From Eledone cirrhosa (taxonomy: Eukaryota): DNA of 64,000 nt. The notes beneath the pieces are model-generated. The model did not search any database. It had not been told where the DNA came from and was given only the letters and a program-made list of their open reading frames with translations. Below are positions 1 to 11,431 of the stretch, one piece after another. The stretch lies in assembly GCA_964016885.1 (NCBI GenBank), contig OZ024743.1, positions 266,166,001 through 266,230,000 on the forward strand. The letters run 5' to 3'. Each line of letters begins with the position of its first letter. Positions within the stretch are counted from its first letter, which is position 1. The translations under genes were made by a program, and so were the position numbers.

Positions 1-212
1 ATTTTCTAAACATCGATATCTTCCGCCCTCCTTATAAATTAATATTTTTTTTACCAAATTGCTAAATATCTAACGATCTATTCATCTCTCTCTTCTTCAC
101 TTGTTGTTACACACTCACTTTTACATGTCTATAGATGTACAGCTATGCAATCATGCGTTTACACATACCTACGTAAACCTATGCGGATTGTGTGTACATA
201 GAATACGCACTT

Positions 213-250
<38 letters not shown>

Positions 251-345
251 TATATATATATATATATATACGTATATATGTGTGTATTTATATATATACA
301 TATATTTATGAATAGACACATTATACATACATACACACACACACC

Positions 346-414
<69 letters not shown>

Positions 415-446
415 AGATCAAAAGATGGTTAAAGGAGTTCCATGTA

Positions 447-513
447 TTTTATTATGCGCATTTCAAAAACAAACATCATCATGCAATAATATTTGTGTTT
501 TCATCAGATAAAA
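447..513 (-). ncRNA. Type I hammerhead ribozyme motif (mirror copy)
   Basis: Reverse complement of 644-710. Confidence 0.8.
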
Positions 514-643
514 CAGGAGAACATGATATGAAGGCTAAAAAACACTTGTGCATAGTGCAGTTTTAAATCAACATATCAACATATGTTGATTTAAAACTGC
601 ACTATGCACAAGTGTTTTTTAGCCTTCATATCATGTTCTCCTG

Positions 644-710
644 TTTTATCTGATGAAAACACAAATATTATTGCATGATGATGTTTGTTTTTGAAATGCG
701 CATAATAAAA
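644..710 (+). ncRNA. Type I hammerhead ribozyme motif
   Basis: ttttat-CTGATGA-(aaacacaaatattattgcatgatgatgtttgttttt stem II)-GAAA-tgcgca-TA-ataaaa. Stem I is ttttat/ataaaa and stem III is palindromic, as described for PLE HHRs. Confidence 0.8.
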
Positions 711-833
711 TACATGGAACTCCTTTAACCATCTTTTGATCTTATATTATGTATACTCCAGTCCTACAAACTGTAGAGTGCTTCTTATCCGATATCTGCA
801 TTGCTTTATTGTACTACAATAGAACTCACCTCC

Positions 834-917
<84 letters not shown>

Positions 918-1528
918 TACAAACATATACATGCATACACACTTGTCTACGTAAGTACATATTACATATATACGTTCACACATGCATGCATATATACATG
1001 GATACATACAATCTGAAATACCTATGTATGCAATCATCACACTTCTTCCAATCATAGGCCGTCTAACGAACCTCCAAAACGACGGTATTCCTGTTTCTTC
1101 TGTCCTTGACAGTTCCCTTTAAATGTTTAATACTTTGATGATCAATAACAGATATATGGATTTATCTAAGGCATTTGTCAAAGTAGCCCAATGCCTATAG
1201 CTCTTATTGTATTTCGTTTAAAGTATCACCGTATCTGATTGAAATAGTTTTAGTTTCCAATCCTCAAACATATGGATCACTCACCGCAGAATATGATGGA
1301 TGACCATTTTATGTATGTATGGATTGATTAATTTATATGTGAAAATATATCCACTTACCACAATCCGCTTAATCATATTGAACAAGAGTCTACGCAACAC
1401 GACTTCACCCCGATTGAGAGATTGCGAAACGAAGATCTTAACAACACTGTCATGTGTACATGTATGACTGCATGTAGATATATATACTTATATATGAAGG
1501 GGATCCAGCCGTAATAACTAAGCCAGAA

Positions 1529-1651
1529 CAGCTCTGTATGAGCAAGACACGGCCATCTGATCTGGCTAGTCTCACAACGGGTCAACTCATCTAAAGCATG
1601 TTAACGTGTATAAATGGACGTGAAACGGTGATGATGATGATGATGATGATG

Positions 1652-1684
<33 letters not shown>

Positions 1685-2208
1685 TATATATATGATGATG
1701 ATATCATACTCATACTCTCCCACCCACACTAACTTTCGGCAGACTGCCACTGACGGGATGGCTGCAGTAAGCTATATATTACACGCCTGAATAGGTCATT
1801 GTTTGGTTGAGAGGAGGAACTGCCTAGGCGAATTTCGTTGAACTCTGCGGTAGCTAATGGTCAACTTACTTCGGACCTGCGCCTGCGCAGACCGGTGGGG
1901 GTGGATTGGTACTCACAAGCGACGGATGACGGATCCATGAGGACACACTTCGTCCGTTCCTATATCGATTCAATGTGGATTGCCTCGGAAACATAACCTT
2001 ATTATTATATAACTAGCTCTCTGACGATGCATTATTATTAAAGGACTTGAACATCTGAAACTACTTTGCTTTTCCTTATTCTATATATATATATATCATC
2101 ATCATCACCGTTTCACGTCCATTTTTACACGTTAGCACGCGTTAGATGAGTTGACCCGCTATGAGACTAGTCAGATCAGATGACCGTGTCTTGCTCATAC
2201 AGAGCTGT
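1529..2208. repeat. Inverted pair (1529-1650 + / 2095-2208 -) of a retroposon 3' end terminating in (GAT)n
   Basis: acagctctgtatgagcaagacacgg...ggacgtgaaacggtgatgatgat versus its diverged reverse complement. The (GAT)n end resembles RTE-type LINE/SINE tails (inference). Confidence 0.6.
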
Positions 2209-2589
2209 ATATATATGTACATGCAGTCATACATATAAGCAGTATATACAGATTCAGTTGCATAATATACACATGGGTTCGTATAAACGTGAATATCAAG
2301 ATCCTGAGTAACATGTTATTAGAGAGAAAGTGTCGGAGAGAAACAGGAACAATATGGTACTAAACTTTATGCACAGTATTTCAAGTAATCAATAAAATTT
2401 ACAAAAGTTTGCTTCTATTGGGATATTTAAATTGTAAAATTTTACAGTCTCATAATACTCAGAATGTCAATTTTATGACAACTGTAAACTTTTCTGATAT
2501 TTATAGCCGTGTATATTCACATATATATACGCAGTCACATTTACACATATCAAGACACCATCCATACATATACAGGCACACGTGCACAC

Positions 2590-2637
<48 letters not shown>

Positions 2638-2663
2638 TTCATACACATATAAACACACATTTA

Positions 2664-2718
<55 letters not shown>

Positions 2719-3921
2719 TTATATATATATATATATATACATATAATGATAAGCATTTAAATCGATATACAGTGATTTCGTTGCTTATAATATGCTCAAC
2801 AAATTCATTTGGAGTACAGTCGGATTATTGTATCGATAGATTAACATATGAAAATGTTAAAGTACTCAAAATTTGATCAATTGAAAAAGTTAGTATTCTA
2901 CTATGTTTAGCACAAAAACCGCCGCAGTACAAATATCCACATCTAAGCTGCTACAGTACTGTTTCAAATTATATATTTAAGATCAAATTACTAATCGACA
3001 AAAAGTGAAGTATTCAATAGTTATGATAGTGATTTACCTATGCTTATACAACATGGTCAAGAGGTTTCAGAGAAGGAAGGATTGCCTTCGTTACAATTTC
3101 TATCAATTGCATTAGGTTAACAACTAGACGTGATAAACAGGAAGATGGGACAAAAGAGATATAGATGAAGGTATATATATATATAAATATTGGTCATTAT
3201 GTACTGATTGCTGACAAAATAGATTTGTGTTTTTCTTCCAAATATGATTTGTGAGTCCGAGACTGAGTATATGTAGAAAAGGGAAAATGCGAAGGTCAGT
3301 GTAGATGTTAAAACTCGTTTATTAACAAAGCTGTCATACATATTTCAATACTGATCGTGGTTGCATGATTGTTCAATCACGTAAGCGGTTACATGATATC
3401 ACCAGACAGCATCTTTATGTAATAAGGTTTCGTTTCCATGGCAACCCAATCTTCAAGAGAAAGGACAGCAATGATGTTATAATATCCGTTGCCTTGTGAA
3501 CTTTAGTTCCACTCCACAGCTTCGCGCAGGCTTAGAGATGGAGGAGTGGCTGACCATCCGATTATCACCCGCTACCTGCCAACAGCTAGCCCCCCAGAGA
3601 CAAGCTTATCTCATATACCAGCCCCACCCCCCCTCACCTCAGCCGATGAGATACTACGGTCACAGAGTTTAATCCAATCTAAGAGTTTTAGTATACTCCT
3701 AGACTCTCGTGCAGCAGCCGCCAGCACCACTAAGCGAGAAATCCTGTGGTAGAATGCATATACCCCCACTTCCGCCTGCTAACACTATTTGATGGTGGCA
3801 CAATGTTGACCGCAAAAGCTTATAGAGATAAGTGAATTATTGTTTAACTGCCCATCTACATGATAGATAAGTAAAAGCTCGTTTCTAGAAATTAGAATAC
3901 CACTCTAGAATCAAACTTTTA

Positions 3922-4139
3922 CCCTTTAGCATTTACATTACTCAATATTTACTCTTATGTTTTCACGGTAAATGCATTACCTCACAATATTTCGCATAAT
4001 CTTGAATCAATGAGATTTTGATGTTATATATTTTGAGAACAATATCTTAACCTCAGTATGAGTGGCCTCTTACGGCCGGTTTTAACAGAAAGAGGTGAGA
4101 GAATTATGGCCGACTATGACCGGTTTAAATGCTAAAGGG
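3922..4139. mobile_element. piggyBac-like MITE
   Basis: 14-bp TIR ccctttagcattta / taaatgctaaaggg, flanked on both sides by ttta (TTAA-like TSD). Confidence 0.65.
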
Positions 4140-4367
4140 TTTAGCAAAAAAATAAATAGGAAGATTTATGAACTAGTGTTAGAAATTAGAAATTAGTAAA
4201 TAGTATTGAACATTAAATATTCGAAACCAATGATTAACAATTGAATGTATTGTCATATAATATGAAATGTACGACCTATATTGTATACGAGAGATATGTA
4301 GAGAAACTTATTAATCGGGTTACAAGAAGGAATAACGAAATATAGCAGAGAAAGTTAAAGTATAAAA

Positions 4368-5081
4368 CAGAGATTGGCAACCCCCGGCACGCAAGCCAAC
4401 AAAGGATTTTTGTGCGGCCCACCAAAAGGTTGGCTAAGGGATCCCTGAAAATTTCACTGAAATATTTTGGATTCGAAAACCCACTAGAGAACACGTCTAG
4501 CTACATGACTCACATTGCTGGACGTAATTTTTTGCATGACAGAAACAAAAATGAAACTCAGACAAATAGAATAGGCAGACATCGAGGTCAAGGGGGCTGT
4601 TTGTGTGTATTTGTGTATATACGTACATAAATAGTATATGTATGACAGGGATGTCGAATGACCTAGACATACTTAAAAGAAGCCAACGTGTCAGGCATAT
4701 AGTTATTTCATTTCATCCGCAAAACTTTTCATTTGGGTTTGCTGTCTGGTAGTAAAACATCTGTAAGTGACTGTATTCGATAATAACCAATGTTTATTTA
4801 TTTTTCTATGTTCAAATTGTTCAGTATTGTCAGAAGTAAATTTGTTCATCGAACAAATGGCAACACTGATCTAAACACACCGCCAGGTACCGCGGTTTTG
4901 TCACAGTTTGTTTTAAGTGTCATAGTATTTCATTATATTACTGTATTCGTTTCTACATATGCTCTTATTTCTTATTTGATCCCATGGCCCGCCGATGACA
5001 CAATGCAGAGCTATGTGGCCCGTTGACGAGACTCTGCATTACAATGTGGCCCGCACACCCACAAAAGGTTGCCAACCCCTC
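4368..5081. mobile_element. hAT (Charlie/Buster-like) non-autonomous element
   Basis: Imperfect TIR cagagattggcaacc / ggttgccaacccctc, subterminal tgtggccc motifs, and an 8-bp TSD-like pair gtaTAaaa (4360-4367) / tcaTAaaa (5082-5089). Confidence 0.65.
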
Positions 5082-5139
5082 TCATAAAACGTAATAATTG
5101 ATAAATTAAACAGTTAATATATATCAGTCAATCAATTAA

Positions 5140-5182
<43 letters not shown>

Positions 5183-5190
5183 ATTATATA

Positions 5191-5235
<45 letters not shown>

Positions 5236-5454
5236 GGATTAACAAATAATAGTTAAATGCAGTCCACTTAGGTGAAGTCCAGTTATGGTATTCCAGGTAG
5301 TGGATGATATTAACGCTTGGCTTGGTTTGACTCAACAAGGCGTTTTCATAGTGATGCTGCGGGTATGCTGTAATTCCTATGTTGTAAACACTTGGAGTAA
5401 TAATAAATCAGGAAAGAAGGTTTACATGGTTTGCTATACAAAAAAGTTTTTAAT

Positions 5455-5571
5455 CACATAGCTTACATTTGTTTCACTGAACTGGTCTGTCTAGAGATCG
5501 CTATCCGCCTAATTTTGCGTCACTCGATCGCCAATACAGAATTATAACCAGTCAGATCTTCGGAGCATGCG
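5455..5571 (-). ncRNA. Variant HHR motif (CCGAAGA core, long stem II)
   Basis: cgcatgct-CCGAAGA-tctgactggt...accagttcagt-GAAA-caaatg-TA-agctatgtg. Confidence 0.55.
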
Positions 5572-5928
5572 AGAATGAAGAAAATACACAGGCAAGAAAA
5601 GAAAAGAAAATATGGAGTAGTTATGGCATTCAATTAGAACAATAACAACAACAATTATTACAACAATGCTATCAATAAACTATTTAAGGTGACCCTGACA
5701 TTACTTAGGTGGGGGGTATATAATGTATCTAATGTTACGGCGTGAAAATCAGCTGTCATAAGGCAAAAAGTATCGTAGTGTGTATCAATTTTAAATTATA
5801 AAGATAAGCTAGTTTTTACAGTCTTTCTCTTCATCTTCAACAGTATACATGAGTGGGACCACTGTCAAAGCTCAATAGTTGTAGAGTTAATACAGAGGTT
5901 AACGAATTAATATACGCATATATCTACG

Positions 5929-5966
<38 letters not shown>

Positions 5967-6294
5967 AATATATATACACATATATGTGAACATAGACACA
6001 TACATACACATCAATATACACTCGTACAAAAATATACATACATGCAAAGAGAAAAGCGTGCTAATTGTAGTTATGGCAAAAAGAAGGTAAAGTAACATTG
6101 TAGTAGTGAAATGAGAAAAACTAGGATCTAGGATCAAATGATTGCAGCAGCTGAGAAGGAGTAAGATTGGTGGTAGATGAGGTATTTACAGACAATTGTG
6201 TGGTATAGACTTGTGAAGGAAATAGTATACTTAATGAATATATTTCTGTGGGTAGTAGGTATCCTAATTTAAAGCTATGTTATGTTGGTTCGAT

Positions 6295-7374
6295 TCACGG
6301 AGGTTTGAATCTTATGAATTTAGTGGCTATTCTACGTCTGCAGAAGATAGATCTTTCTAACTTATTATTAAGTAGCCTTTTAACATTTCTAAGGATATAC
6401 AATAGCTCAAGATCACACAGCCCGCAATAGGACATCCCTGTACTATAGGTTTTAGCAGCCGACAACTTCGACCAGTTGATAGTGTAGCTAGCGTTGCTGT
6501 CCTTCAATTCCCATATTTTTCTGGCGAGGGTGGTGGAACCCATAAGTGCTCGATTTTTCATTGAGTGCCTGTGCACATACCATCTTTTCTTAAAAGAACC
6601 CGCGGTGGATCCTATGTAATTCCAAGTGGAGTTACCCGAGATGACAGTGCACATGTACACCAGGCTCGAATCGAGACATCTATTCGCCAATGGGCACCTA
6701 TCTGGGAGGTGACAGTTGCAGTTTGAGGCGCTATTTTGTGCAGCTTTTACATTCCTATTTAGTACCCTGTTATAAGTGGGTTGTGATATATGCCCCATGG
6801 GGTTTTGTTGCTGCGCGTTTGTATGCGCTTGTGGTTGTGATGTTGTGATGAGTTTGTGCTTATGTATAGGTGCAATTGATTTACTTGAGATATTTCTGTG
6901 GTTGATCTTGCGTATGTGTGATTCTATGTTAGCTGCTGTTGAGAAAGAGAGTTTTATAGTAGATCTATTGAGTATTTTGTGATATCTATGCGAGATAGGG
7001 AAGTGTTTATCTATTAGTTTAAAGAATGTAGAGGGCAGTCTAGTTTTTATAGAGGAGTTGAATATTGGGTTGAACCATAGGTATTTTCTTTGTCTGTTTC
7101 TTCTATTGTTTCTAGGGTTTACGTTACTAGTGTTTTGGCCGTTTACTCTAGGTGTTATATGTCTAACCCTATGTCTAGTCAAGCTATTCCTATTATTATG
7201 TGAGCGGTTGGAGTAGAAATTACTAGGATTGTTTATGTTGTCCTTATTCACTATATACTGTAGTTTATCTTTATGACCGGCCCTACTTAATGCTGCATTA
7301 TAATAGTCAGCATGCTCGTTAAAGATTTCTAGGTTTGAGGATAGGCGGGATATAGCACGTAGTATATCCCTCCG
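6295..7374 (-). pseudogene. PLE ORF C-terminal part: RT thumb end, Cys-rich linker and GIY-YIG endonuclease
   Basis: Frame is open from the junction: RRDILRAISRLSSNLEIFNEHADYYNAALSRAGH...WFNP...CNCHLPDRCPLANRCL..LVYMC...YIGST..FKKRW..H...C.LC..E...LLNNK.E....CR. These are GIY-YIG motifs typical of Neptune/Nematis-type PLEs. There is no native start codon. Confidence 0.88.
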
Positions 7375-7375
7375 A

Positions 7376-8434
7376 ATATCCCGCCTATCCTCAAACCTAG
7401 AAATCTTTAACGAGCATGCTGACTATTATAATGCAGCATTAAGTAGGGCCGGTCATAAAGATAAACTACAGTATATAGTGAATAAGGACAACATAAACAA
7501 TCCTAGTAATTTCTACTCCAACCGCTCACATAATAATAGGAATAGCTTGACTAGACATAGGGTTAGACATATAACACCTAGAGTAAACGGCCAAAACACT
7601 AATAACGTAAACCCTAGAAACAATAGAAGAAACAGACAAAGAAAATACGTATGGTTCAACCCAATATTCAACTCCTCTATAAAAACTAGACTGCCCTCTA
7701 CATTCTTTAAACTAATAGATAAACACTTCCCTATCTCGCATAGATATCACAAAATACTCAATAGATCTACTATAAAACTCTCTTTCTCAACAGCAGCTAA
7801 CATAGAATCACACATACGCAAGATCAACCACAGAAATATCTCAAGTAAATCAATTGCACCTATACATAAGCACAAACTCATAACAACATCACAACCACAA
7901 GCGCATACAAACGCGCAGCAGCAAAACCCCATGGGGCATATATCACAACCCATTTATAACAGGGTACTAAATAGGAATGTAAAAGCTGCACAAAATAGCG
8001 CCTCAAACTGCAACTGTCACCTCCCAGATAGGTGCCCATTGGCGAACAGATGTCTCGATTCGAGCCTGGTGTACATGTGCACTGTTATCTCGGGTAACTC
8101 CACTTGGAATTACATAGGATCCACCGCGGGTTCTTTTAAGAAAAGATGGTATGTGCACAGGCACTCAATGAAAAATCGAGCACTTATGGGTTCCACCACC
8201 CTCGCCAGAAAAATATGGGAATTGAAGGACAGCAACGCTAGCTACACTATCAACTGGTCGAAGTTGTCGGCTGCTAAAACCTATAGTACAGGGATGTCCT
8301 ATTGCGGGCTGTGTGATCTTGAGCTATAGTATATCCTTAGAAATGTTAAAAGGCTACTTAATAATAAGTTAGAAAGATCTATCTTCTGCAGACATAGAAT
8401 AGCCACTAAATTCATAAGATTCAAACCTCCGTGA
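7376..8434 (+). pseudogene. Mirror copy of the PLE GIY-YIG ORF with a premature stop
   Basis: Same protein as 6295-7374 with a few substitutions. TTG>TAG at 8327-8329 truncates the GIY-YIG C-terminus. Confidence 0.88.
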
Positions 8435-9159
8435 ATCGAACCAACATAACATAGCTTTAAATTAGGATACCTACTACCCACAGAAATATATTCATTAAGT
8501 ATACTATTTCCTTCACAAGTCTATACCACACAATTGTCTGTAAATACCTCATCTACCAACAATCTTACTCCTTCTCAGCTGCTGCAATCATTTGATCCTA
8601 GATCCTAGTTTTCCTCATTTCACTACTACGATGTTACTTTACCTTCTTTTTGACATAACTACAATTAGCACGCTTTTCTCTTTGCATGTATGTATATTTT
8701 TGTACGAGTGTATATTGATGTGTATGTATGTGTCTATGTTCACATATATGTGTATATATATTTATATATATATATATGTGTGTGTGTGCGTGTGTGTGTG
8801 TGCGTAGATATATGCGTATATTAATTCGTTAACCTCTGTATTAACTCTACAACTATTGAGCTTTGACAGTGGTCCCACTCATGTATACTGTTGAAGATGA
8901 AGAGAAAGACTGTAAAAACTAGCTTATCTTTATAATTTAAAATTGATACACACTACGATACTTTTTGCCTTATGACAGCTGATTTTCACGCCGTAACATT
9001 AGATACATTATATACCTCCCACCTAAGTAATGTCAGGGTCACCTTAAATAGTTTATTGATAGCATTGTTGTAATAATTGTTGTTGTTATTGTTCTAATTG
9101 AATGCCATAACTACTCCATATTTTCTTTTCTTTTCTTGCCTGTGTATTTTCTTCATTCT

Positions 9160-9276
9160 CGCATGCTCCGAAGATCTGACTGGTTATAATTCTGTATTGG
9201 CGATCGAGTGACGCAAAATTAGGCGGATAGCGATCTCTAGACAGACAAGTTCAGTGAAACAAATGTAAGCTATGTG
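9160..9276 (+). ncRNA. Variant HHR motif (mirror copy)
   Basis: Same as 5455-5571 with one stem II substitution. Confidence 0.5.
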
Positions 9277-9322
9277 ATTAAAAACTGTTTTGTATAGCAA
9301 ACCATGTAAACCTTCTTTCCTG

Positions 9323-9357
<35 letters not shown>

Positions 9358-9365
<8 letters not shown>

Positions 9366-10074
9366 CAAATAACGAAACGAAATTAAATTTCGTTTCGTTT
9401 GTAACTCACTTTTGTATGACTGACGCTTAAACAATTAAGTTAAAAATGTACATCCGCATATGTATACTGAAATACTAGTATGCATATGAATACACACACG
9501 TATACATATGTAGATGTACCAAGTCTTTCACTGGTTACTTTACTGTGAGTATCCAGCTATTCTGTATGTAAACACACAGACAAACTGGTTTTTAGAGTCA
9601 TACTGGTTTTTGAGGAAACACCTTTCCTCTATTCTCCAGAAAGCCAGACAAGGAATATTGAACTAGTTTCGTTGTTGTTACAACTCATCAGCAATATTTA
9701 CCTATCTACCGGCCTTTCTGGAGAATCGTAAAAGCACATATCGTTATATGCTTTTTCTATGAAAATTAGTAGTGGGCAGACTAATTTGCATAGAGTGTGA
9801 GTACGTACCGGTTCAACGGAGTGTGTGTTTACATACAGAATAGCTGGATACTCACAGTAAAGTAACCAGTGAAAGACTTGGTACATCTACATATGTATAC
9901 GTGTGTGTATTCATATGCATACTAGTATTTCAGTATACATATGCGGATGTACATTTTTAACTTAATTGTTTAAGCGTCAGTCATACAAAAGTGAGTTACA
10001 AACGAAACGAAATTTAATTTCGTTTCGTTATTTGTTTTTATCGTCTCCGTTGAACCGGTACGTACTCACACTCA
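9358..10074. repeat. Nested inverted repeats: 9358-9578 / 9822-10041 and 9793-9821 / 10045-10073
   Basis: About 220-bp arms read as exact reverse complements. A second 29-bp inverted pair interleaves with them. Confidence 0.85.
9654..9698 (-). ncRNA. Type I hammerhead ribozyme motif
   Basis: aatattg-CTGATGA-gttgt aaca acaac-GAAA-ctag-TT-caatatt, enclosed by a further stem (attctccagaaag / ctttctggagaat). Confidence 0.85.
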
Positions 10075-11195
10075 CTTCATACCCCACACTCCGCTCAGCG
10101 ACGAGTTCCGCACCCGAACGGAAGTCGAGCGATTCCTGCGACGCACTAAGCTACAGGCACATTTCAGCCGAACGCCACCGGCTCCGGACGCCCCAGACCC
10201 GTTTCTCGCCCTGGGCCGACGACCATCTTCTTGGACGCCGGCCCCAGGGCAATTTAGCACCCTGGACGCCTTCGTCGATGCCAGCCGTAGCGCAGTAAAT
10301 CGTTTCGACTTCCGCCACCGTTCCAAACGGCACAACATCTCACGGGGCGAACTCCTCGCTCTCCGCTCCCTCCGTAGCCGAGATGACATTGTCATCAAAC
10401 CGGCGGTCAAGGGAGGCGCCGTGGTGGTATGGCGCGCGGACCTCTACACGGCCGAAGCCCTCAGGCAGCTCTGTAACCCCCTCTTTTACCGCCCTCTACC
10501 CTCCGATCCCACCCCCCTCTACCAACAACAAGTCTCCTCCACCATCAAAGACCTTATCGCCTCCTCCCACCTCCCCCCTACCGCTTCCCACCTCATCGTC
10601 CGCACCCCCACCATCTACTTCCTCCCCAAACTCCACAAACCTGACAACCCCGGCCGCCCCATCGTCTCCGCTTGCAACTGCCCCACCGAACTCATCTCCG
10701 CCTTTCTCGACTCCCTCCTCGCCCCCCTTGTCACCACCCTCCCCTCCCACATCTCTGACACCAACCACGCCCTGCGCCTTTTCGACTCCTTCACCTACCT
10801 ACCCGGCCCTCAGCCATTCCTCTTCACCCTAGACATCAAGTCCCTCTATACCGTCATCCCCCACGCCGACGGCCTTCGCGCCCTCAAACACTACCTCGAC
10901 CTTCGCCCCTCCCCCATTCCCTCCACCCCCACCATCCTTCGCCTCGCCGAGCTGGTCCTCACCCTAAATTGTTTCTCCTTCTCGGGTGAGTTTTACCAAC
11001 AGGTCACGGGGGTAGCCATGGGCACAAGAATGGGCCCGAACTATGCCAACCTTTTTGTTGGCCATGTTGAGGCCCAAAAAAGAGAGTTTAAGGGCTTATG
11101 CCCGAAACGTCGTCCCCCACCTACCCCCCACTCTCCTGAGCGTGAATTTAATAAACATTTATCGTACTGCCTCTCTGTTCTGTCCCTGTTCAATT
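10073..11195 (+). mobile_element. Internally deleted Penelope-like element: RT N-terminal half fused to HHR remnant and 3' tail
   Basis: Open frame FIP..DEF..RFLRR...SWTP...NISRGE..ALRSL...DDIVIKPAVKGGAVVV...YFLPKLHK..PGRPIVS...LDIKSLYTVIPH...FYQQVTGVAMGTRMGPNYANLF. It breaks before the YxDD motif at about 11076 and joins agggcttatgcccGAAAcgTC and the tail, ending in (TA)n. Confidence 0.9.
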
Positions 11196-11199
11196 TTTC

Positions 11200-11250
<51 letters not shown>

Positions 11251-11274
11251 GAGTGTGTGAGCATGTGTAACTGT

Positions 11275-11399
11275 GTGTATGGGCGCGTGCTGTTGAGTGT
11301 GGTTACTTTCGATAAGATTGGATAGAAAAAGTAGATCATATATCTCAAATTCTTGCGTGAATGGTGTATTAGCATCAACGCTTCCTCGGAGGAAGAAAG

Positions 11400-11431
<32 letters not shown>

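Larger units (their letters stand above)
407..836 (+). mobile_element. Fold-back palindromic non-autonomous PLE-derived element (arms 407-576 / 581-750, unpaired 3' tail 751-836) between (TA)n arrays
   Basis: Arms are reverse complements around a 4-nt spacer (atcaacatat-caac-atatgttgat). Each arm carries an HHR motif. Both ends abut (TA)n. Confidence 0.8.
5235..9328 (-). mobile_element. 5'-truncated Penelope-like retroelement forming a 3.9-kb palindrome (arms 5403-7353 / 7376-9328; unpaired tail 5235-5402)
   Basis: Near-identical inverted arms of about 1.95 kb, each with RT-thumb/linker/GIY-YIG coding sequence, 3' UTR and an HHR-like motif. (TA)n lies on both sides. Confidence 0.92.

Noticed and set aside
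407-750. Palindromes as classical MITEs or foldback DNA transposons
   Set aside because: One-sided tails, HHR cores, variable centres and a GIY-YIG-coding example point to PLE retrotransposition rather than TIR transposition.
6776-7953. Cys-rich 68-aa ORFs (MGCDICPMGFCCC...) resembling metallothionein or toxin
   Set aside because: Antisense frame of the PLE linker region, duplicated only because of the palindrome.
10383-10832. Pro/Ser-rich and Gly-rich ORFs overlapping the RT
   Set aside because: Alternative frames of the C-rich PLE RT sequence.
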